Assembly (NCBI GenBank): GCA_050084985.1
Contig: JBITNC010000001.1
Location: forward strand, 4,278,001-4,342,000
DNA from: Nageia nagi
Taxonomy: Eukaryota; Plantae; Pinophyta
Reading direction: 5' to 3'
DNA length: 64,000 nucleotides
A program made the position numbers and the translations under genes. Below, one piece after another: positions 54,589 to 64,000 of the stretch. The notes below the pieces were generated by a model, which saw only the letters and a program-made list of their open reading frames with translations, did not search any database and was not told the DNA's origin. Numbering within the stretch: the first letter of the stretch is position 1; each line of letters opens with the position of its first letter.

Positions 54589-55047
54589 TGAAGGATTTAG
54601 ACCTACTCTAATCCTCAAGGTCCAAGACTAGGAAACTCAATCATACACAAGATAACACAAATATAATGTGGTTCCTTCCTCCTTGGGAGTACATCCACAA
54701 CTAGTTCTCAATTCTCAATCTATGCACCTCTTACAACAATTCTCTTCCTTTCCTACACAATTTAGTAGAGTAATCTTACTCCAAAAACTTAGTTATGTTA
54801 CAAGAGGAGAGGCCCTCTATTTATAGCTTGAGAGCACCTCCCTAACCTCCCTTTAACCCAAGGGTAAGGTTAGGGTTACAATAAATGTATCACCTAACTT
54901 TAACCTACCAACTAACCACATGGTAAAGTCAAAGTCTACATAATAAAGAATTCATTAATCCCTTAAAGTATCTACATATCCTTTAAGTGATTAATTGAAT
55001 TTACAAGGAGTTTAGATATTCACAATATTTCATTACAAATTCTAATA
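54589..55047 (-). repeat. 5' LTR of the Copia (459 bp)
   Basis: Lies between the PBS and the TSD GGGTT. Termini on the minus strand are TATTAGA...CCTTCA. Confidence 0.93.
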
Positions 55048-55052
55048 GGGTT

Positions 55053-56589
55053 CAGCTTATTCATCAAGTTGAAGTTGTTGATAACAATGAGAGGCATAAG
55101 CTTTCATTTTGGTTGAAAAGAGAATAGGATCATTATTGGAAGCATTAAGCTTCTCATATTACTTAGGCATGCAAATTTAGCTCTGTTGGATGACACCTTA
55201 GGCTTTATATTGCCTCCATTATTACTACTTATATGTGTCTAGATAAGAGTAGCTTCTCATTTCCACTTGGCTTAGTTTGGGTTATGTAGGAGATTTATGC
55301 ATGCAGCACATATTTTTCTTGGGAACCCTTCATCTTATCTTAGCTCTATAGGGATTTATACAATTTCATGAGTGTTGACAAGTTCAACATTATGATAGTT
55401 CATGTAGGACCTCTTCAGATATGGGCCTATGAGAAGATTTTTTTCATTCAACTTGTGGGTTTATAGAGGATAAGGGATGATCCTTCATGTATTTCCTTAA
55501 CTTGTTGGGTTTCTCAAGCATGTGGATATAGATATCTGCATTCAATAGAGGAGAGACAAAGCAAGATAGATAGACTCTAGCTTGAAGATGTGGTTTGGGT
55601 ATCTTATGCATATTTTGTATGGGATGATAATGCCCACTAGCTTTCCTACATGAGGCAACCATGCTTTCTTTAGAAATAGAGGAAGTTGGTGGAGCCTTAC
55701 TTATCTCAATAGGTACTACACCAATTTAATATCCAATAATGGATTCACCTACCCCCATCTATTACCAATGATACAAGACATAGAGAGATGCTCTATTAGG
55801 ATTGAAGATCATACGCAATTGGGTAATCACTTGGGAGGATCCTAGGATACTTGATGTAGTAGTAGATGTCTCAATGGAACTTGACACTATAAGGGATTTT
55901 ATAGCATGGTGGAATACCATGTCCAATCCCATTAGTGATGGATGATAATAAGGATGAGGAGGAGATGGTGGTGACTTCAGAGGGATCTTTGGATGAAGAT
56001 CCATAGCAATTTGATAACCACATGCTTTACATTATCATGTAAGGGGTACCATAGGTGGTGCTAGGATTAGCTACCCTAGTTGAGGCCATGCCACTAGTGA
56101 AAATAGGTAACATACTAAGACATTTGTTAGTTTTTAGTACATTGGTTTACAAGGTTAAGAAAATTGATATGATTGTGATGGTTTATAAGAGAGAGTGTGG
56201 CATAAACTATATTATTGTAAGCTTAGGTTGAGATACTTAAGCCTCTTGAGGTACATTTAACCACTTTATAGGTTGCACTATCATTTGGGCACACTCAGAT
56301 AGCCTCCATGTACCATTCCATGAAGAGGATGCAAGAAATAGTAGACATGCCCCCACCCAATGAGCAATGGGAATTTATCCAAATCTTAATGGATAAGACA
56401 GAAAAGAGAGAGAATGATACTATAGTGCTTAAGAGTAAATATGAGATGTCCAAGGCATTAATGACCTCTTATGGGATTAGTGCAAATGATATATCAGGTG
56501 GGATTTCATTTTCTACAAAGAGTAATGATAGTAGGAGGATACCTAGCACCAGTGAGATTGAGAGTAGTGGTAGTAGTGCTTGCCACTAG
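55053..56589 (+). pseudogene. PMD gene, 3' part
   Basis: In frame after the TSD: 'LYIASIITTYMCLDKS..YFSWEPFILS*LYRDL..GPLQIWAYEKI' (PMD consensus YSWG..VLA.LYR.L..LQ.WAYE), later 'FIAWWN'. The 3' end at 56589 is tentative. Confidence 0.8.
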
Positions 56590-57539
56590 ATTGTACCATG
56601 AGACATGGATCCACCCATTTTATGATATATATATATATAGTATTATTGTTGGCTCCATTTCTTGTTTATAGTTTTTTTATGAATGTTTTAAATTTATGTT
56701 TTTTGTTATGGATGAATGTAAAATGTATACTTTTGTAATTTACAATTTGAATATCAAAGCATAAATAGTAAAGGTGTTAAGAATAAACCATATATGTCAT
56801 GTGACTAAAATTTGGTAAAAGAACAATGAACACAATGATTGGAATTTACCTTTTTCATCAAACCTATCCATAACAATATATAACATTAGAGTTAAGCTTC
56901 AAATGAATAAATAAGTTAATATTGCAATAATAAATACAAACAAGTTTTTCCTTTTTATCAAACTTAAAACTTGATATTCACCCCCTAGAACACTTCAAGA
57001 AAATTTTTGGATAAATAATATATTATTTTTTTTATTCTGGTTCAAGAAAGGCATGCTATTAGTGGCCTAAAAAAAATCATACATCATTGACAGCATGACT
57101 TTTAACATTTGAAAAGAAAAAATGTATGAAGGACTTTTGCAAAAAATACCTAGAAAGCTAACAAAATAGTGAAGTAGCCCTAATGACCATAAAACATAAA
57201 CATTTTCCCCACTAGACAATACCCTACATAATATACACTACCTTATTATTTTTTTACACTTTAAGCAATGAATTTGCATACCTGGGAAGGTTTTACAACC
57301 TAAAGGCAATTTGCATATGCAACACATAAAGAGGTGCCTTCTTGGTAATGTATATCATGTCATTGCCTGCATGCAAATAGGCATGCACACCATTAGCAAT
57401 GCTTACTTCATAGTCCCTTCCATTCTACTTTTTTTCATGGTTTTGTCTCATTTGCTTTTGTTGTTTTCTACATCCATTCTTGATAGAAAAATAATAATGC
57501 ATACATTTTGAACTACTTACCAAACCAATAAAGTCTCAT

Positions 57540-59698
57540 GGTTGTTGAGTTATCCTTGATGAAGGGTTTGTAAATCCCCAACTATTCATTATTAGGATGA
57601 ATTGGTCCTTCTTTTGTTTCAATATGATTATCCATTTGAATTGCTTTCTTGTTAATGAAATATTAAATGACATTTCTTAATACCCTACAATTTCTTATTA
57701 GATGTCCTGGTATCCTATGATAATTAAAAAATTTCCCATACTTATAATTCTTAAGAACACCATTAGGAAAGTGGTGCTGAACCATTGGTGGAAGCTTGAT
57801 AAGTCCTTTTAACAATATATTAAGAATATAATCAATAGTATCAGTTAACCTTATAAACTTCCTTTATGGTCTATTGTTTCTTCTATCAATCTTAGCTATA
57901 GCAACTTCTAGTTTCTTTTCATATAGCTAAGGTTTAACTTGTTTTTCATGCTTTTAAGATTTATCTTCCTTTTCATACCCTTGAGATTTTTTATAACATA
58001 TATTATAAATTTTTTTTATGCAATCTTCCTTTTTAAACAAAACATCTATCATTTCAACTAATGTCAAATCATGATTAGAAATAACCAATAATTTATACAT
58101 AGGTAATAAAGCATTTGCAAAAGTATCTTTCAGATCTTGTTCAGGCATAATAATCTTATTTGCAATTTGTTTCCATATTTTAACAAAGTTAGACAAAGAT
58201 TGATTAGGTATTTGCTTAATTCTACACAAATCTTTGAATTGAATCTTTTCTTCAATATTATATCTAAGTGCCTTAAAAAATGATGTATCAAATCTTATAT
58301 TGATCAATGCTCTTTTTAGAAAGAGTAAAATACCACTTTAATGCATCTTGTTTTAAACTACTTGAAAATAATTTTGCAAGCATATCTTTATCATGAATAT
58401 ATTCCATAGCTTCCTCCTAAAATTTTCTAACATGCATATTTGGATCTTGCAAACCATCAAATTTTTTAAATTTCACACTCTTCTTACCAACAAGCACCTT
58501 AGAAAAAATTCTATTAGTCAATGGATGCTTTGAACAAAATAAGAAATCATCTTCATCATCAAGCAATTATTTTTCTAATTTCTCAATTCATTCATCCATT
58601 GTTTTTCCATTATTTAATACTATAAGAGTTTTTTTTAGTTGTTGGTGTTGAACTATAGGTATATTATTCTTTGGGCATGGTGAAGGGGTTTGTGGTGGTA
58701 TAGTGCTAATTTGAGTGGGAGTTTTATTTTCTTTTCCCTTCTTAGTTTAGATTCTTTTAGTTGTAAAATGGCCCAATCCTATGTAGTTTTTCATATTCAA
58801 GTTTGTCAACTAATTTTAGCATAAATTCTAGTTGTTGTTCCTCATTAGCCTTTTAAAAACAATCATTTTATTGAGCATCAAATTTTATTTCATGTTCTTC
58901 TTTTGACCAACCAAGATTATGCTCATAAGCATTATTAATTAGAGTAGAAAGTTGTTTAGCAATATCTACTGTAATATCCTCATTAGTTACAATGCCCTTA
59001 CCTTTATCAAGAAGCATACCTATATTATATTTTGCAAGGTTGATAATTAGTAGGTAAGTGAATTCATCTTCACTTTTCTCATTAGCATCCTCAATGATCA
59101 CTTCATCCAGAGGTTTAGTATTCTCTACCTCCATGCTGCTAGCATCATGTATACAATCTTGTATGCCATTGGTGATGTCTTTATTGATATTAGAATCCCT
59201 TCATCTTATAGAACTTGTATTCTCATAAGAGAACAAGCTATTTGAGGATTTTGAGGTTGCAAAATCTTCTTCTAATAACTCATAATTGGTTAGAATATTA
59301 CTAACATTTTCAACATTATTAGTAAGATAATATTCTAACTTTTCTTTATTAGATAGCAATTCCTTTATTGATCTAACATGGGCATCATTGTTAGAAGAAT
59401 AAACATTAACTTTCCAAACTTATATTTTCAAAATCATAATCATCAATAGTCATTTTAGGCTTATTAGGATGTTGTCTAATAATATCCATCTTTTTTCTAG
59501 AACTTGTAGATTCAGTATTATTATTCTCATTAGTATCCATTCAATCATTGGGATCAGACTCTTGTAGAGGTAAATCAGGGTTAACCCAATTGCTTCTCCT
59601 AATATCCTTAAAATGGAATTTACTTTTAGAAACCCTGGGTTGTTCTTAATTTGGATCCATATTTGAAACATGGGTAGAATAAACCTTGGTTTTATCAT
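57540..59698 (-). pseudogene. Gypsy gag with long N-terminal extension, decayed
   Basis: 'KFKKFDGLQDPNMHVRKF..LAKLFSSSLKQDALKWYF', ORF 57954-58307 'IKQIPNQSLSNFVKIWKQ', and zinc knuckle 'NYHRIPGHLIRNCRVLRN' at ~57730-57675. Confidence 0.82.
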
Positions 59699-59807
59699 TT
59701 TCTCTAGCTATTAATCTAAACACCTAAGGTAAGGGAAGAGATAACAATGAAAATGGATTCATGAATCTTTAGAAGGGATTCCCTAGATCAAGATATAGGT
59801 GTTTAAG

Positions 59808-59823
59808 AATGTTGGGTTCATCA
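59808..59823 (-). promoter_or_regulatory. Primer-binding site resembling the tRNA-Trp 3' end
   Basis: + strand AATGTTGGGTTCATCA versus the recalled plant tRNA-Trp 3' end CACGTCGGGTTCACCA. Three of the four mismatches are C>T. It lies 3 nt from the LTR. Confidence 0.65.
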
Positions 59824-59826
59824 AAA

Positions 59827-60565
59827 TGTAGACCTTGAATTGTGTAAAATATGAAAATACATAATAAATAAATCAATCTACAATGTAAGAAGAAATAGAT
59901 AATGTACACTATATAAAAATTACATCAAGTATATGTGAAACACATGCACCTGATATGAAGTTTATGTACAATCCTCAATAACAAGTAAGAATGAATCTTT
60001 GAAGGATTGGGATCAAATTCATTGTGAGTTATCACTAGATCATTGTGTGCATGGATCAATTACTTGACCACTGAAATCTAGAACCCTTGATCTAGATGAT
60101 GCATGTCGTTACTAGCCTAAAGGAAGCACATTGGTGGCTACATGAAATATGTTGAATTTTATTGTACATAAAAGAGAGAAAGTTCATATCTTAGAGTATA
60201 ACAATTCTTCATGATAGGTGGGATCTAAATACACCATAGCTTGATGAATATTGTGGTTGATAACCACCTATTAGAGTTTTTATCATATCAAAGAGTTCTA
60301 ATCTATGGAAGCATACCTATTCCACTCTAAGGCATGTAAGAAAATATAAAGGAGTGAAGTCCTACCTCTAGTAATAGTATAAACATTTTTATGTTCAAGA
60401 TACTTTAAAATATAAACCATGATAAATGATATAGCATTTAATATAACACATGGCATTGCATTGTAATATCAACTTTATCTTAACATATGTAATATTGCAT
60501 TAAGTCATTTAGGAAGTCCAAATATGATTTATTAAATAAATAATAAATCATTTTTAGGTGCTACA
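59827..60565 (-). repeat. 5' LTR (739 bp)
   Basis: Termini TGTAGA...GCTACA. Homologous to 43523-44245. Confidence 0.92.
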
Positions 60566-60596
60566 GTATGCATTTTAACTTGGTGGATCCATGTTA

Positions 60597-61003
60597 GCTT
60601 TTCATTTTGAGTAATAGATTTGGATATTTTTATGGTTATCCCAAAATACACCTTTGAAGGATTAGTTTGCTTCTTGAGGATATATATTTCATTATAGAGA
60701 TCCTTTTATTTTGATTCCTTTTATTTTGGATATGTTACTTCAATACCTTTCTAATAATATATGATATGCCATACTTGGTTGGCAGATCACACTCAAAAAC
60801 CACAATATCCTAACTTGCACTTTTGTAGTCTTGCTTAATAAGCTATATGGAGCATTTTGTACTTCCAATTGATTTTTAACTTAATAAATCTTCTCTAAAT
60901 TCCATTATCCTTTCATATTTAAATGGAACTTTTCATGTTTATTCCATTGGTATATAACACTCCTATGTTTTATTAAGAAATGATCAAGTTACAACCCTTT
61001 GAA
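60597..61003 (+). repeat. Dispersed non-coding repeat, copy of 21298-21703
   Basis: Direct colinear similarity. Confidence 0.85.
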
Positions 61004-61879
61004 TTGAACACATAGTAATGTAATAAGCCATACACAACTTGTAGTATTTTTATCCAAATAATATATTTTTATTTGATGTAATATACTTTCTATAATTTTG
61101 ATTTCAATTTCTTATATACGCTAGTGATATTTATGAAATAATAATATCTAACTTAAGTATTTGAAGATGTCTTATTAGATTGATCTCTAAATATCAACAC
61201 TAATTCAAGGTCACTAATAAAGTTATACCTTGATTTCTAAATTTTTGGCATAAAGTGAATAGTTATGGAAGTGAAAAACCCATTTTTTTAAGGTTATAAA
61301 TGATTAGTATTCAATTTTGTACTCTATCCCATATAAATAAGGATATTCAGGGAATAAGTTCTTTTGCCTATATTTTTTTTCAAAGGTTTAGTTTATCTAG
61401 CCTACATAAACTGAGAGCTTGGTATCCTTTTTAATTGAATAATTTTCTTTCTTCCCATCTTGCCCTATCCAAGCTAGTTCATTTGAATTCTATGAGGAAA
61501 AAAATTCATAATTATTCAACATAGTTCGAATTATTTATAGTTTACTTTCAAAGTTCTCATTGGGTACTATAGTTATGTACCATTGGATTCTATCATTCAC
61601 CTTGGAGCAACAATTATCAACTTTTCTTTTGATATTTAGTTTCATACATGTTGTAGCTTCCCTAAATTTTCTTCTTCTTTTATCAATGGTTCATTTTTTA
61701 TCTATGGATCCTTTCAAAAGAGGATATCCTAACCATTGTTCACATCCTATGTTGTGTCCTCTATAAGGGTGTTTATGATTTTTATGATATCATTGTAAAA
61801 TGCAAAGTTGTTACAAGGGTTTTCAATTATAAGACATTTTATTAACTATATACTTAGCTCCCTAGATATAAACCCATTT

Positions 61880-64000
61880 GTTGTCTTCTATCAATAGACC
61901 CATCTACTACATATTTGGTTTGATAAACCCACTTACAACGAACCAACTTTCTTCCCTTAGTAAGAGGCACCAAATTCTAATTTTAATTCTTCATAAAATA
62001 AGAATACTTAGTAGCCATAGCATCATCCCACTCTTGTATCCCATGAGCCTATGAAAAATAATGTGGATCAATCAAAATTGACTAACAAACAAGACTAATA
62101 CCGATGGAAGGAGTATGTATAGAAGGTGGGAAATCCTGAATGAAAGGAGTTGCCTCCTCAATGGTAGTATGTGCCCACTTAGGCATAGTGGTAGTAGGTA
62201 CAACAAGATCATCAACAAGTGATGTGGAAACCTCAACAACTATGATAGGAACCTAAATTGAAGGAGTAGGAGTAGTACTAGAATCATCCTCCATCATATC
62301 AACCATGGAGAAACATAAAGTGAAGAAGAAGAAGAAGAAGAAGAAGAGAAAAAAGAAGATGAAGTGTCATAAGGATAAAGGCACTCATCAAACTAAACAT
62401 GAGTATGAAACAAGACATCATGTGTAGTAGGATCAATAAGTCAATAAGCCTTCATATCCTCATAATAATTAACAAAAATAAGTGGCTTACTCTTCTTGTC
62501 CAAAACCTTTCTTTTCTTCTTCAAAATATGTGCCCAAATATAACTCCCAAAAACTCAAAAATATGATACATCAAGATTAATCCTAGACCAAGCCTCCTAT
62601 GGAGTAATATGATTAATAGCTCTATGGGGTGTGTGATTTTGAATATAATTTACACAATTAACTACCTTGACCCAAAAAATAGGTGCAAAATCTCTAAAAT
62701 GCATCATACAATTAGCTATCTCCTTCAAAGTATGATTTTTCCTCTGAATCACACTATTCTACTAAGATGTGTGAGAAATAGAATGTTGATGTACAATCCC
62801 ATGTGCAATAAGAAAATCAAAAAACTCAATGCTAAATTACTCCCCCCCATTATCTGTACGAAGCTTTTTGATGCATGTGGAGCCTGATTCTCAACCAAAG
62901 CTTTGAAAACTTTGAAGTGAGAGAAAACATCACTTTTATACTTGAGAAAATATACCCAACTATGTCTTAAGAAATCATCTATAAATTCCAATGCATACTT
63001 AGCTCCCTTGAAAGGTGTAGGAAAGACCATCAAATCACTATGAATCAACTCCAAGGTTGAAGATGCTCTATGAGATTTACCTTTAGGAAAAAAATCTTGA
63101 TGTTGTTTACCAAGTGCATAACCTAGAAAAATACCATCACTAGAGTAAACATTAGGTAATCCAATAACCATGTCATGAGTGCTCAACTCCTTTAAATACC
63201 TATAATTGAGATGACCAAATCTCTCATGCCAAAGTTTGTTCTCAAAATTTGCATGAGCAACAAGGCATGAGCCTGAAGAAGTATGAAAACCCTTAAAGAA
63301 ATACAATCATGCATCATGATCAATAACTCCTTTAGAAATAAGTGATTGTGGATCCTTTAGACTTCTAATATTTGCTTTATAAGGTGTGAACAAGACATTT
63401 TGCCATGTGCTTAAAGTGCATATCTGATATATGGAAAGAAGATTTGTTGAAATATTAGGCACATAAAGAACATTGCATATACAAACACCATTAACCATAA
63501 TATTTCCTTTTCCTTGAACATGAATAAAAGAAGAATCTCCAACCTCAATGCTAGAAGTGGAACTCGAAGAGAGTGAGGCAAATGACTCTTTGGAAGATGA
63601 CATATGATGGGAAGCTCATGAATCTAACCCAAGTATGAGAGTAAGACTTAGAAGACCTTCCATGGACATTAAGGGCTTTACCATGTTCTTTTGATGCATC
63701 AATCTTATGCTTTTTCATGGATTCTACTAAATCTTGCAACTTTTTCTAACACCTGCTAGCAATATGACCATCCTTTTTGCAATAGGTACAAGGGTGTTAG
63801 ACTTCTCTTTTTTTATAGAAGAGTCCTTAGACTTAGAATCATTTAGACATGGTTTAGGAGAAGTAGAAGTGTGTTTAGATTTAGCTTTGGATTTACCTTT
63901 CCCTTTTGAAGTAGATGCAACTAAAGCTTTTGAAGAAGAGGCAGAAGACTCCAGAGTGGAAAGTTTGATCTCTTCCCTAGTAAGTCTTTCACAAAACTCT
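61880..64000 (-). mobile_element. Partial Ty1/Copia (gag knuckle, PR, INT, start of RT), runs off the window
   Basis: 'CKKDGHIASRC', ORFs 63307-63603 ('NVLYVPNISTNLLS') and 62749-63306 ('LWHERFGHLN..LIHSDL..FIDDF'), RT start 'LVPLTKGRKLVRCKWVY' truncated near 61880, and (GAA)n at 62322-62346. Confidence 0.92.

Larger units (their letters stand above)
46635..55047 (-). mobile_element. Relatively young Ty1/Copia LTR retrotransposon inserted in the PMD gene
   Basis: TSD GGGTT (46630-46634 and 55048-55052). Near-identical repeats 46635-47086 and 54589-55040. Perfect PBS TGGTATCAGAGC (54586-54575). PPT at 47778-47789. Long pol ORFs remain. Confidence 0.96.
43523..60565 (-). mobile_element. Non-autonomous Tat/Ogre-like Ty3/Gypsy element with gag and antisense PMD gene, no pol
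   Basis: TSD GTATG (43518-43522 and 60566-60570). LTR homology 43523-~44245 vs 59827-60565. PBS at 59823-59808, gag on the minus strand, PMD on the plus strand. Confidence 0.9.

Overview
AT-rich, strongly CpG-depleted eukaryotic intergenic DNA. It is very probably from a land plant; the element types and decay pattern suggest a large gymnosperm-type genome, which is an inference. No intact host gene, RNA gene or CRISPR array was found. The window is a stack of nested, mostly decayed transposons. (1) A Tnt1/Tork-like Copia (- strand, ~675-9384) is split by a chromodomain Ty3/Gypsy (2527-7773, TSD CTCTT). (2) Three L1 ORF1-type remnants and a decayed hAT transposase lie at ~9.5-18.8 kb. (3) A + strand Copia (~22.1-43.0 kb) is split by a pol-less gag-only LTR element (24071-29449) that carries PPR-gene fragments and has an 8-bp-TSD MITE in its 5' LTR. 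It is split again by a pol-less Tat/Ogre-like element (31015-42467, TSD ATAGC). (4) A second pol-less Tat/Ogre-like element (43523-60565, TSD GTATG, tRNA-Trp-like PBS) carries gag plus an antisense, apparently intron-containing Plant Mobile Domain (PMD) gene. That gene is split by a young Copia (46635-55047, TSD GGGTT) with asymmetric LTR ends. (5) A partial Copia sits at the right edge. The most notable signals are the repeated 'LTR-gag-> <-extra ORF-LTR, no pol' architecture and the PPR-fragment cargo. All alignments and translations were done by eye; boundaries not anchored by TSDs are approximate.
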